Positions 11,156 through 24,695 of a stretch of DNA of 64,000 nucleotides are shown in pieces. The stretch spans positions 248,001 to 312,000 of the forward strand of contig MU058221.1 of NCBI GenBank assembly GCA_013265495.1, in the 5' to 3' direction. The notes beneath the pieces are model-generated. The model had not been told where the DNA came from and searched no databases. It worked only from the letters and a program-made list of their open reading frames with translations. The translations under genes were made by a program, and so were the position numbers. The DNA comes from Vicugna vicugna (Eukaryota). How positions within the stretch are numbered: the stretch's first letter is position 1; each line of letters starts with the position of its first letter.

Positions 11156-14100
11156 GCCATTAAATTTGTAAGGGCAGTTCAAAACCCATAAAACATTCCC
11201 AGAGGAGCATTTTGAAAATATGATATACAAGTCTTTATAGAAAATTTTATTAGACCAAGGTGTGACTCTTATATGAAATTCTGTTAAGATAAAATCCAAA
11301 GAAGAAAATTACTCCTTTTCTGTTCTTTAAATTAACTTTGCCTCGGCATCCAGAGCAAGAGGGAGAGCTGGCCCTCCGGTGAGTGGGGAGTTTTGGTCTG
11401 CCCCTCATACTCATGGAGACGGGAGAAAGCAGCTTTTAGAATCAGGAGTCACCCAGAAAAGTACAGATCACCATGTTAATCAAACTAAGAGAACAACAAA
11501 ACAAAACACAACAAAACACTTAATTTTGGAGCAGACTGAGGGAGCAAAGCAGCCTGAAACCATCATTAGAAAAATAATGCCTGAAATCACGTGATTAATA
11601 CTATGTCCTCCACAAGATAAAGAGATAAATACATCATGTAGGCAGATCTAGATCCGGTGGGAGCATTGTTAAGTCCTCTCTCACTTATGTTACCACTCCT
11701 AGTCTATTTCTTTTCTCTTTATATGTATTAAAGTTATTTGACTTAATAAGGCCAAAAATAAATTTATTAGATCTGCTAAATCTAATCTTATAAGTATCCC
11801 TTCTATACACAAGTGGCATTTTGTAACCTTATATCTAAAAAATAGTATTATGTTGCTGTATTTGTCTTTAACAAAATCAATTATTTTTCTAATGGATAAA
11901 CATATGTGAAACCTAAGTTGAAAAAGAAGGAAATGTATAATGTAACCAGTTTAAATAATTTAGTTTTATGTAGAATTCACTGTAGGCCTTCGAAGATATC
12001 TGCTTCATTTTCCATTTTGATTGCACTGTCTCTGGAACTCTCTTCCCTGCCTCCACCACCTGGATCCAGTCCCACCTCAGCTCAACTCCAAGGATGTCAG
12101 GAGTGTACAGCAGTGTTTTAAAGGAATATCTCCCAAGATAAAATGAGAAGTCTGGGGTGACTCTAGAAGGTTGCACAACACATGATTTTCCATATGGAAG
12201 ACTGAATGAAATCAGATATTGGATAACCTATTTTTCTCTATTAGATTTACTAGGAAATATTTACCACTACAAAGAGGTATAATGAATAATACAGTTAACG
12301 CTGGTGAGCACTGACCCAGTTTGAGAAGTTAAACATTAACAATGCGGTTGATGCCTCCCCTGTGAGAGTCGCATAAGGGAACAGGAATCAGCAGTACAAA
12401 CAGATCAGTTACAGTGAATATGCCAATGAGAATACATTTTAAAAGCATAAAGTTGAATTTAAAAAATCTGGTTGCAGAAGAGCAATACAGTAGGATATCG
12501 TATGTGTTGTGATACCGTTATATACAGGATACACTGCACACACAGCATATGTATTGCATGTTACACACACATTACACGCATACGTCTCACACAATTATAC
12601 ATCTCTGTATAGCACATATACACTATATATATTTATAGTTTAAACTATGAGGAACAAAGCATTATATATTTCTTAGGGAACACACGTAAGCAGGTAAATA
12701 TTAAGAAATGTCTGCCTTATTTACAGGCATATCTTTGACATTAAAGTAAAGTCATTTTAATAGTACTATCTAAATACGGCAGTGGAAGGCCAGTATTTGA
12801 CTGCTCTAGACTTCAGCAGTGAACATCAGGACTAATAATAAATTCCCACGAGTAGATTGAGATTTATCTAACACTTATGGCTTGCTTACCAAGTAGCAGA
12901 CATTAAAATAACACTGTTTCACGTTGATCTTCACAAACGCCCTAAGCGCAGATGGTGCTCAGAACTAGCGTCCCCGTTACCCTTCATCCTTTACCATTTT
13001 GCCTCCCCATTCACACTCCTTTCCTTTCCTTTCACCCTTTGCTCTTTGCTGCGCTGTCTCTGCATCCCAGCCTCACTGTTTGCCTGAAGCGTCTACTCTC
13101 ACACTTTCATCTTTTCACGCACGTGCAGGTCCTTCGTCCCCCTCATTTCCTCATTGTGACAAGCAGCGCTGACGCAAGCGCGCCTCTACTTTGACCCCCG
13201 TCTTAGTGGCTCAGCGTTGCTCATGTCACGGCGTCTCTCTTAGACTGGTCTTGATGGAGAGGCTACATGCGTCTCTGCACTTCTAGAAGTTAGGTTTATA
13301 CTTACACGTATAATACGTATCTGCTGAACTGAATCGAACTCTTCTTCAGAAAGCTGGTCTGGTGGGTAAAGGAGATGCAGCAAATAGGGAAAGAAGATGC
13401 GCTCCTCTGTGGGGGGCGTAGCCTCCAAACTAGTAACTCCGAGCGCAGGTGTTTGGCTCTTGGGATACGTGTGAGAAGAGGGGTGTTAGGCTTGGCAAAC
13501 TGGAAAGGAATCAAGAAGTGTATGTGCCATAAGCTCACCTAGAATTATCCAGTCCAAAGGAAAGAATGAGAAGGATTGGGAAGCTCATGACTTGTGACTT
13601 ACGTTTGTTGACTCGTGATTAATGAGGTTATAAGACGAGAAATAAATGGAAGGAAATGATGCTGGGCTTTCTTAAGGTAAACACAAATCCTCTGTATTGT
13701 CTCACTTTTATTTGCCACACCTTTATTTTGTGAATTAACAGACATGGAGAAACCCACAGATAAGCTGGGAAGTCAGGATGAGTCACCTTACAAGATACAA
13801 ATTAAGTCAAACAAATAAAATTCACTATGAAAAACCACGAAGGAGAGAACTTAGAAAATAAATAATCATTACCTACTTGTTCATGTTTATTCATGATTTC
13901 AAGGTTACAAAAGATTAAATAAGTATCATCCATAGTCTTTACGCTCAAGGTGTTACTTCTCTGTTGGGAAAAAGTTTATCTAATTGAAACGACCAGAAAA
14001 CAACATGGAATTTTACGGCGGCAGCTGTGTGCGCTGTAGCAACACAGAAGGAAGGTCCCCGCCAAGTGTCAGACGTTGTCCTTGGAATGTACGTGAATTC

Positions 14101-14394
14101 TATTTGGCTCCTCTCAGTAACCGAAGATTATGGGCTATTTCTTGTTCATGGATGAGGACCCTGAATGTCCAGGGGTTAACACATAGTGAGCAGTAAAGCA
14201 AAGTCATGTACACAGTCGGTCATAAAATATCCCTTGCTAGCGTAAAACTATCAACTGGCGAAATCTAAATATCAACTGACTGAGTCAAACTGCTTAGCCA
14301 GGTAGTCAGGGCTCTGCTGCAGGACGTCACGGAAGCCAGGTGGCCCGGCTCTACGTGTGCGTCTGTTAGCAACTGTACTTGAGGGTTTCTTCCC

Positions 14395-14840
14395 TGTAGT
14401 AGAGGTAGAATTCACATAGACCAAAATTAACCATTTTGAGGTGAATCATTCAGTGGCGTTTATTACCTACACAATATTGTGGAACCACCATTTCTACCTA
14501 CTTCCACAATATGTTGGTTTCCCCAAAATAATATCCCATATCCATTAAGCATATTCCCTGTTCCTTCCTCTTCCCCCTCCTTGACTGTTCCCAACTCACT
14601 CTCAGTTTCTATGGATTTACTGAGTATGGGCATTCCATATAAAAGGAATCATACAATATGTGACCTTTTGTGTCTGGCTTCTTTCACTTGGCATAATGGT
14701 TTCACTGTTTAATCATGTCATACTATGAATCAGTACTTTATTGCTTTTTATGGTTGAATAATATTCCACCACATGTATATCCCTAAATTGGTTTATTCAT
14801 TTATCCATTGATGAACACTTGTGTTGTTTCTGCATTTCCA
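14395..14840 (-). mobile_element. L1 3' end (L1MB-like), apparently inserted in an MLT1 relic
   Basis: aaaattaaccattttgaggtg...ggaatcatacaatatgtgaccttttgtgtctggcttctttcactt. The flanks at about 14250-14395 and 14850-15150 look MLT1-like. Confidence 0.8.
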
Positions 14841-16030
14841 AATAACAGTGTGCTTGGTCTCTGATCAAGATTTGTATTATTTATTTTAGCACTGGCAGTG
14901 GAAAATAAATTTCTATCTCCAAAATATCCAAATCCCACAAAAATCAGATTAACTTTCCTGGGTCACATGGTTATCCTTGAACCAATTATTTTCCTAGTGT
15001 GTTGGAGGTCTGTGTCTGGCCCAGTGGAGGCTGCATGTCAGCCCCTCAGGCTAGGGTAAAGAAAGACACCTTAACTGACTAGGAACAACATGAAACCTGT
15101 GTGAAGGAGGCAGGCCTTAAAAAACTAGGGTTGCTATATGGACAAAGTTAGTCGTAATCCACCGCTCTAAGCCTCACCTGTTGCTTCATCTAGACTCAGA
15201 CTCTGCTTAGCTCCAGACACTTTGATTCCTGAAATGTGCATCACTCCCTTTCTTTGCTCTCTGGTCACTGTTCTCAGAGCTAGAGTCTCCTAGAAAACAG
15301 TTCTGAAGTGCAGAGGGATAAAGTGATAAAGACAACTTGGTTATTGCTTCCGATGCCTTCAGGGTAGTTAGCAAGTGGACACACAAGGGAGAAATCTGAC
15401 TCAGAGGAAAGACGGTTAACCCACACATAGAGAAGAGCTTAAATAAGACAGTCAGGATGCCTCCCCGAACTCCGGAAGAAATCTTCTTCCTCATCCTTAT
15501 TTTAAGCAGGTAACACATAACGCCCTTCAGACGCGTGCAGGCAGCTCGGGGTACTTCCTGGTTTGCAGTCAGCACTGAAGGTTTTCAGTCTGGGCTTTCT
15601 TGGAGCTTGTAATACTCATTTGTCAGCAGTAAAATTCATAAGTTTTATGTGGACATATCAAGGTATTTGCACTGCATTTCTCATAGTTTATTTTAGTATA
15701 AGAAGACCTTCACCTGAGGTCCATAAATTACATCTTTTGAGAATTCATGAACTTTGAAATTTTATGCAAAATTGTCATTGCTTTAGTCTTTCCTGGGAAG
15801 AGGTTTATGTTTTTCATTAGATCCTAAAATATGTACTTTGTCCTATTTACCTACATTATGAGAAAAATTCAGGATTTTCTTCCAAATAACAGACACATTT
15901 TTCAGTATTGCTGCTGGTATTTTTAATAATACTGTGGTGGCATTTTAATGCATGTAAAACTTTATACCTCAGTCATCTCACTTTTTTTTGATTCTCGCCT
16001 CCATTGCATAAAGCTCCTTTTTGATTGTCT

Positions 16031-18021
16031 GAGGCAGGAGGACAAGACGGCAGAGCAGGAAGGTTCTGAGCTTGCAGCCTCCTCTGGACACACGAGAACT
16101 GCAACTACACACAGAGCAACTCTCTGAAAATGACCTGAGGACTAGCAGAAAAGATTTTCCACAACTAGGGATAAAACACACACATGCACACAGACACACA
16201 CACACATACACACACACGTGGGAAGGGCAGAGATGTGGTCTGGAGGGGACCCATACCCTTCGTGTGGCAACCTATGGTCAGAAAGTTATTCTGACCATGC
16301 AGGTCCTCTCTGAGGAGTGAGGGATACAGATCCCACATCAGTAACCCAGTCCAGGGGACCAGCGCCAGTCAGAGAAGCCCCCATAACATCCGGCTTTGAA
16401 AACCAGTGGGGCTTGTGTCCAGGAGAGCCAGAGGGAAGTAGGAAACAAGACATCATTTTTTTTTAAATTGAAGTATAGGTGATTTATAATGTTGTGTTAA
16501 TTTCTGGTATATAGCATAGTGATTCATTTATCTCTCTCTCTCTGTCTATCGATATAAATATGTCTATATATATTCTTTTTCATTATAAGCCATTACAAAG
16601 TATTGACTGTAGTTCCTTGTGCTATACTGTAGGACCATGTTTTTTTATCTATTTTATATATAATAATACCTAAAATCCCAAATCATTCTTAAAGGGTTCA
16701 TGCCAAAATGCACTCCCTTGGAGTCCCAGTGTAGAGGTAGCAGTTTGAAAAGTGTGTGGGCCATACACAGGAGATTCATTGACTAATTTGGGAGCATGTT
16801 GTAGAGAGCAGGGATCTGCTGGATCTTTCTCCAGGTACAGAGGTACAGAGTGTTTGCTCAACTTCTGCTGAGCTGGCGCAGCACCGGTGGGCATCATTCC
16901 TGACTCACTCATCTACCCTGCTAGCACTTGCCTGTGTCAGGCTCACTTGTGAACCCGTCTTAGCTGGTGCTCCTCCACAGTGGCTGCTCAGCTCACCACT
17001 CTCAATACTTACCAACATCAGAGCCCCTCCAAAGCACTCCCTCACCACTGCACTCACCAGGCACTCCCAGTCATCAGTAGAGTCTCTCCAAAGCTGCCTC
17101 CTGCCTCACCACACCTGGTGAGTCCCCTGGCCAGCAGTGGAATCCTGTGAAAACAATTCCTGCCCTGAGGGCCAGTCCTGCACACCAGAGAACCTGCAAC
17201 AGTTATGACCAGTGCTTACCACCAGGCACACCAGCCGCCCAGCCGGAGCACTAGCATGCCCAGAGCAATCGTGGTCCAACTACAACAGGGGGGAGCATGC
17301 AGCGCACTTAAGGCTCTCCTGGAGCACCTGGCTCTCGCAGCCAGGGATGACTATGCTGCTGGACGTCATAGGACATCTACATAAAGCAACTCCTTAAAAA
17401 CTGGGATATGTAGGCGATCTACCTAAACACAGAAACAAACAGAGAAGTGGGGAAAATGAGGAAACAAAGGAATATGTCCCAAATGAAAGAACAAGGCAAA
17501 AGCGCTGGAAAAAAAAGCTGAACGAAACAGAGATAAGTAATCCACCAGATAAAGATCTCAAAATAATGGTCATAAAAACACTGAACTCATGAGAACTATA
17601 GGGAAATACAGTGAGAACTTCAAGAAAGTGATGAAAAATATTAAAAAAAAAGTTGAAGAATGAAATAACTGAAATAAAGAATATACCCTTGAGCAGATTG
17701 GAGGATGCAGAAGAATAGATCAGTGACCTGGAAGACACCAAATCAAAACATCAAAAAGAAAAAAAAATTAACAATGAGGGTGGTTTAGGAGACTTACGGG
17801 AAATCAAGAGTAACAACATTCACACTGTAGGAAACCTGAAAAAAGAAGAGTGAAAGAAAGGGGGAGAAAACTTATTTGAAGAAATAATGACTGAGAACTT
17901 TCCTAACCTGGCAAAGAGAGATATATTAAATTTCAGGGAGCAGAGTGTCCCAAGCAAGTCAAACCCAAAGAGACACACACCAGAGCACATTATAATTAAC
18001 GTGTTCAAAGTTAAACAGAGA
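16031..18021 (+). mobile_element. L1 5' UTR plus 5' half of ORF1 (decayed)
   Basis: 5' end caagacggcagagcaggaag (YY1-like). ORF1 start MRKQRNMSQMKEQ at 17456. ENFPNL and RHTPEHIII motifs. Confidence 0.9.
16458..16681 (-). mobile_element. Short 5'-truncated L1 3' end inserted into the L1 5' UTR
   Basis: Poly-T then aattgaagtatag...ccttgtgctatactgtagg. Candidate TSD ATCATT at 16452-16457 and 16682-16687. Confidence 0.8.
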
Positions 18022-20288
18022 GTCCATATAAATTTTGCTATGATTTGTTCTAATTCTGTGAAATACGTCCTGGGTAATTCGATAGGAATTGCATTAACTC
18101 TGTAGACTGCCTTGGGCAGTGTGACCATTTTAACAATATTGATTCTTCCAATGCAGGAGCATGGGATGTCTTTCCATTTTTTAAAGTCTCCTTTAATTTC
18201 CTAATCAATGCTTTATAGTTCTCTGTGCATAAGTCTTTCACCTCCTTGGTTAGCTTTATTCCTAGGTATTTTATTACTTTGTGTGTCATTTTAAAAGGGA
18301 TTGTTTCTTTACTTTCTTTTGCTGTTGATTCATCATTACTATAAAGAAATGCAACTGATTTTTGCACCTTAATCTTGTAACCTGCTACCTTGCTGAATTC
18401 TTTGATTAGCTCTAGTAGCTTTTGTGTGGACCTTTTAGGGTTTTCTATATATAGTATCATGTCATCTGCATTTAGTGACACTTTTACCTCTTCCTTTCCA
18501 ATTTGAATCCCTTTGATTTCTCTCTCTTGCCTGATTGCTATGGCTAGGACTTCCAAGACGATGTTGAATAGGAGTGGTGATAGTGGCAGCCTTGTCTTGT
18601 CCCAGATTTTAGTGGGAAGCTTTTGAGTTTTTCACCATTGATTGCTATGCTGGCTGTAGGTCTGTCATATATACCTTTTATTATGTTGAGATATGTTCCC
18701 TCTATGCCCACTTTGGTGAGAGTTTTTATCTTAAATGGGTGTTGAATTTTATCAAATTCTTTTTCTGCATCTATTGAGATGATGATGTGTTTTTTGTCCT
18801 TTCTCTTGTTGATGTGATGTATTCCATTGATTGATTTGCGTATGTTGAACCATCCTTGTGTCTCTGGGATGAACCCTGCTTGATCATGGTGTATAATCTT
18901 TTATATGTGTTGTTGGATTCTATTTGCTAACATTTTGTTGAGGATTTTTTTGCATCTATGTTCAGTGATATTGGTCTGTAATTCTCTTTTTTGGTGGTGT
19001 CTTTGCCTGTTTTTGATATCAGGGTGATGGTGGCTTCATAGAACAGGTTTAGGAGTATCCCCTCCTTTTCACTCTTCTGGAAGAGTTTGAGAAGGACTGG
19101 TATGAGTTTTTCTTTGTATGTTTGGTAGAATTCCCCACTGAAGCTGTCTGGTCCTGGACTTTAATTTGTAGGGAGGTTTTTTATTGCTAATTTGATTTCA
19201 TTTCTAGTGATTGTTTTGTTCAAGTGGTCAGTTTCTTCTTGATTCAGTCTTGGTGGACTGTATGTTTCCAGAAACTTGTCCATCTTCTCTAGGTTATCCA
19301 GTTTGGTTCCATACAGTTGTTCACAGTATTCTCACATGATATTTTGTATTTCTGTGGTGTTGGTTGTAATTTCTCCATTTTCCTTTCTTATTTTGCTTAT
19401 TTGTACTCTCTCTTTTCTCTTCTTTATGAGCTTGGCCAGAGGTTTGTTGATTTTATTTACTCTTTCAAAAAACCAGCTCTAGGTTTGATTGGTTTCTATT
19501 GTTTTTTAAATCTCTGTTTTATTTATTTCCTCCCTGATCTTTATTTCCTTCATTCTGCTGACTTTTGGTTTTTTCCCTCTTCTTTTTCTAATTCTTTTAG
19601 CTGGTAGGTTAAATTGTTTATTTGAGATTGTTCTTCTTTTTTGAGGAAGGCCTGTATCAGTATAAACTTCCCTCTTAGCGCTGACTTTGCTGCGTCCCGT
19701 AGATTTTGTGTGGTTGTGTTTTCATTGTCATTTGTCTCAAAGTATTTTTTAATTTTAACTTTGATTTCATCATTGACCCATTCATATTTTAGTAGCATGC
19801 TGTTTAATTTCCATGCTGTAATTTTTTTCTCCTTTGTTTTTATGTAGCTGATTTCTAGTTTCATGGCATTGTAGTCAGAAAAGATGCTTGAGATAATGTC
19901 TATCTTCTTAAAATTGTTGAGGCTTCTTTTGTGCCCATGTACATGATCAATCCTAGAAAATATTCCATGTGCACTTGAAAAGAATGTATATTCTATTTTG
20001 GGGGGTGTAATGTTCTGAAAATATAAACCAAGTCTAGTTGTTCTATTGTATCATTCAATTTCTCTGTTGCCTTATTTATTTTCTGTCTGGAAGATCTGTC
20101 CAGTGATGTTAGTGGGGTGTTAAAGTCTCTGACAATGATTGTATTTCCATCAGTTTCCCTCTTTATCTCTGTTAGTAGTTGCTTTATGCACTTAGGTGCT
20201 CCTATGTTGAGTGCATATCTATTAATGAGTGTAATATCCTCATCTTGTATTACCCCTTTAATCATTGTAAAATGTCCTTCTTTATCTT
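18022..20288 (-). mobile_element. Relatively young L1 ORF2 fragment (late EN to RT), interrupted by stops and frameshifts
   Basis: ORF pieces: GNTIIVRDFNTPLTSLDRSSRQKINK (EN), [58 protein letters not shown] (RT; the FADD position reads NADD). Confidence 0.95.
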
Positions 20289-21639
20289 TAAAAAAGCTAT
20301 TTATATTGAAATATTTTATAAATATTCATCTAAAATGAGTAGTGGTAACTTGTACATATTTATAAAAGTCCCCAGTACTTTCAATTTGTTTAGTAATTTA
20401 AAAACTTATCACCTGGACACAAACAATATATAGATATTCAATATATAGGGAGAAAGATTTAATTAAAGGAGAAAATATAGACCTTGTATTGTGAAGTAAA
20501 AATAAAATTATCCTTAAAAATTATATAGGGGATTTTCATATATCTATTTTTATGCATTCCTGTACATGAATTGATGAAATCTTGGAGAATATGCCAGCAA
20601 GTTAACAATGTCTTAATCTCGGAGGTAAAATTATGAATGATTTTAATGCTTTTCTTCTTTTTATTTTTTTGTATTTCCAATTTTTTCTATATAAATATGT
20701 ATCACCTGTGTCTCAAATGTAAAGGGAAAAGATGTATAATACATATATTTTAAAGCATATGTAATTTAACTGTACTTGTGATGAGCAATTTCATATCATT
20801 TGGCTTGGTTCACTGAGCTTCTCGAGTGATACCAGGCTGTTTATATTAGAGAGTATTACAAGTTGGATAACCAAAACTCTCCTAGAGAGAGCTCATAAAT
20901 TGACACGGTTGGATGGAAACCTGAACAGATGGGCTAACTCTACCATGTGCTATATTAACCCTGCTGTTCTGAGACTTGTGGCCAATAACATACTGAAAGA
21001 GAACAATTCTAAAAGTAAGGTGGTGAAATAGAAACTATTTAAGCAATTTAAATATATGAGCTGGGACTTGGTGACCAGGCACTTGTAAAAATGTTTCAGT
21101 CTTATTGAGACCAGTTTTCTATGATGACAAAAACACTTGAGCTTTAGAGGAGTTCTGGAACGATGAACGCTAATGGGGTTCAGCAGCCCAGCACGTTACC
21201 AAGTAGTTTTCCTGGAGCCTGTATATTATGAGTGTAAGTGGTGCCTCATTATGTATATGATGATAATAATCAAAGGGAAAGTGCAGTTGTAATTGGATGA
21301 ATAAAAAGAATAGGATGGTTTCCTGATTTTTGGCGTGTTCTTACTACTGGTTGGAAATCAATGGCAAAAGTATATGTAGTAAAGGAAAAAAATTCTGTTA
21401 TCTATAGAGAGGTCAGAGCCTAGTCTCAAGTGATTGATCTAAACTATGCATAAAAAAATTAAAATTCATAGTTAAGAATTTAAAATAAAACCATAGGTAA
21501 GAATAGAAACCTATAATTTTAGAAATACTCTTATTAAGTAACTTTAATTGCTGTTCCATTCAATGTCAACATAGATCTAAAGAGCCATTTTGTATTATTG
21601 TAAGAACAGAAGAAGGACAGGTAATACCGTTTTGAGCAA

Positions 21640-21800
21640 CGAACAAATACAGAGATCAGGTTGTCAGCAAGCCTGGTTTCTTGTCACTAATCTGTCATTA
21701 ATGGGATTTATGACCTTGAAAATATCACTTATCCTCTATGAGATAGCACCCTCTTGTTAGAAAAATGAAGTCCAAGGGCCTTCCCAATTTTATGATTCTG
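21640..21800 (+). mobile_element. MIR relic
   Basis: atgaccttgaaaatatcacttatcctct...ccttcccaattttatgattct. Confidence 0.55.
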
Positions 21801-22483
21801 TAAAAACAATACATTTTAGAATTAGTTAGGTCACTTTTTGTTGGAAGAAATTAAATTCCATGGTTTGAATGAAAGCTTTCAGATTTGCTTCCATGAGGCG
21901 GAAATGAAAACATTTCACACAGACTGCATCTAAATGTGGGTGAGTCACCAATCCATATCTGGCCTTCACCCACATTCGTGTCAAGCTGACACACCGAAAT
22001 GAATCCCAGCTGGTCGCTGTCTCCCCCTTGAGTATTTGTTCTCCACTTTTTTACTTGAAAGCTTTCCATGGGTCTGGGCACAGGGTAGAGCAAGATACTA
22101 GAGTTTCTGCCTGTTTCTTAATTCATAGCAGAGGTGACTGAAAATGTCAGATATCAGATAAATAATAAAACACAGCCCTCCATTTAACTCCCAATTTTCA
22201 AATCCACTTGCAGTGGAAGATTTATCCAGAAGTCGTATCCTAGCCTTGCTGACTCCCCTAGGGAAATCTGTGTGGGGGATTTACTAGTGTGAACTTTACT
22301 TGGCAACTCAATCTCTTCTTACATTCTTTGCTCCTGCTCCCATCCTGACACTATTCTACTGTTCCATATTTCACATTTCAGAGCTGTGTAACTTGGGAGG
22401 ACTTTCTTTCTCAAGCAGACTTGCCCTTGGGACCTGCAGTCACATTAAAGAATACAAAGCCATGGTCCTCAGGCCACCTGTAT

Positions 22484-22832
22484 CGTTACAGCAACCTGAA
22501 TCCTGTCAGGAGACCGAGCGACACTCAGAGGGTTGGAGAACTCAGGTTTATTACACCAGCGGGCCCAGAGGAGTTCACATTCCAAGCTCTGGACCCCGTC
22601 TGTAGGTTTACACAGGCTCTTACAGGGTTTTAGGTTTTGATTAAGTTTGCACCATATGCAAGTGAGGTGTTAGAAATGGACCAATCAGGAGCGAGCATTT
22701 GGGGACAAATGGAATTTTAGGGATAAGTTTCATTTTCCTAGAAGCAAGTCGTTTTACAGAAGCACAAAAGCAGGAAGGCAGTGGCCCTGCCTGGGAGGTC
22801 CTGCTGGTCCCTTTGTTGGTTTTGCCCCTTCA
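22484..22832 (-). mobile_element. Solo ERV1 LTR (family B)
   Basis: Reverse-complement homologue of 30814-31163. TSD GTAT at 22480-22483 and 22833-22836. Antisense AATAAA near 22546. Confidence 0.9.
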
Positions 22833-24419
22833 GTATTAGAATCAATTGAGTTCCTGGGCTTCAACTATCCTCACCTACTGTATCAAGAGGTAAGGCCCAG
22901 ATATTTGCCTTTAAAAAGAAGTTACATAGCTATACACATGCTTTGATGCTGGTATAAAGTACTGGCTTTCTGCAGTGAATTTAAAACTTGGGGATAAAGA
23001 TTTAAGCTGAAGAAATACGTCTGCCAGAAGGCTGAAGGGCAATTTGCGAAAGGACATTGAAGGATTCTAAATTACACCATATTGTCATAAGTGAAATATC
23101 CCTGCTCTGAGTAGGTGTGTTCAAGGTACTAAATGCTGTTAGAAAGCAGGAGAGTCTTCGAGTTTGTCCTTGGTGTTCCAGGAGCGCTCTTATTGTCTTC
23201 ATTCTTCTTGCACTAATGATTTACCTTGTTTTGGGATTCCGCGGCGTAAGGAGTGTGTCTTCGCTTCTTTTCATTAGCTGTGCTGAGTGGTGGTGGCGCT
23301 GCCTTTCTAAGTGACCTTTGGCCTAGCTCAGACAGCTTCCTTCCTGGAGGTACTCACTGGTCGGCTGCTCATCCTTTTCTAGGATTTGTTGCTGACCCAC
23401 TGCCCCTTCTCAGTCACACTGTGACAGGGGAGGCCTGGCCAAACAGTGGCCCTTCTCCAGGAGTTTGGATTAAGAAAGATCAACAAACCTGTGTTTATGT
23501 GAATGGCTAGACTGGCAAAATAAACATCCAGAATATTCACATTTTATACCTGGATACTACGGAAACACCCCGAAAACAAATTTTTATTTTCCTTTTGCTT
23601 TTTGTACGTTCACCAACATTCAGGAGCAGAATGGGATGCATTTACTCAAATTTGTAGACATTGTAACTTAGATCCTGGATTTCTCATATTTGTGTGGTGA
23701 TTGCCAACTATGCTGAAGGGATGGATGTGAAAATGTCATGACACAAAGCAGTGGTACTAAGCTTCTTGAAGTCAAAGAAAGTGAATTTCCTCTGTACATA
23801 CAGCTTCCCAGTCTATGAATCTATCCGAAGATGACTTGCTACCATCACAGAAGTCTGTCAACTTCTGTTTCTGTACTGTGCACGTTTTAGTCAAGGTAAT
23901 GTTCACTTATAAATAAGAGAATTCATTAGCAAAAGTAGGAGTGGATTAATCTCACATAACGATAAATTTAGAGGGTTGATGCTCTGGCATATTTGCTTCT
24001 CTGTTCTCAGTATGTGGACGGTGTCTCCCCTCCAGGCTCTGCGAGGACTGCCACAGTCCCAAGCATCCTACCCTCAGACTCCAAGAAGCAAGAATGGGGC
24101 TGGGAGCAAAATGGCTTTTCCTTCTTGATTTTCTCATCATTTGTTCTTTATTGAACAGGAAGGAAAATGTATCCCCTGCTCCCTTCTAGATACCTCTCAG
24201 CAGAATCAGGTTAAATGCTCATCCCGTCACTGACGGCAGCATCCGTGACATTTCCGCAGCTGTGATTCTGTAAATGCCAGTAAGTAGCCTTCCTGATGTT
24301 ACTTCCATCAGCCTTTCGACAGTTCGCCTTAGACTCTTAGTTCTCTGCATTAAATCCCACCCTATAGGGGTTTCTGCCCTCCTGAGTGAACAAAGCTGCC
24401 TTCTGTGTTCTCTACGATT

Positions 24420-24695
24420 TCAAATGTATGTGTTCCTCTTTGTGGGAAAGGAACCCAGCTTTTGAGTCAACCCAACCAGTAATGTGAGTGAGGAAATCTC
24501 CACATCACTGAAGTCTCCAACAATGTAAGTCACCCCCAGCATTCGATGCTAAGGCTCCCGGGGTTACGGAGCACAAGCCAGCCAGCCAGCCACCCAGTGT
24601 TCTAGCCAAATTCCCAACAGAACATGTGAAAATTATAAAATGCTTGTTGACATCCCCCATCTGATTTTAGAAAGGTTTGTTAGGTAACTAACCTG
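24420..24695 (+). mobile_element. MLT1-type MaLR LTR relic
   Basis: ccacccagtgttctagccaaattcccaacagaacatgtga...aggtttgttaggtaac resembles an MLT1 3' end. Confidence 0.55.

Noticed and set aside
18050..18556. 168-aa reverse transcriptase ORF as a functional or novel RT gene
   Set aside because: It is an ordinary L1 ORF2 fragment, with a non-ATG start in the track and flanking frameshifts and stops.
20790..21360. Possible L3/CR1 relic
   Set aside because: Only a faint resemblance; it cannot be supported without a profile search.
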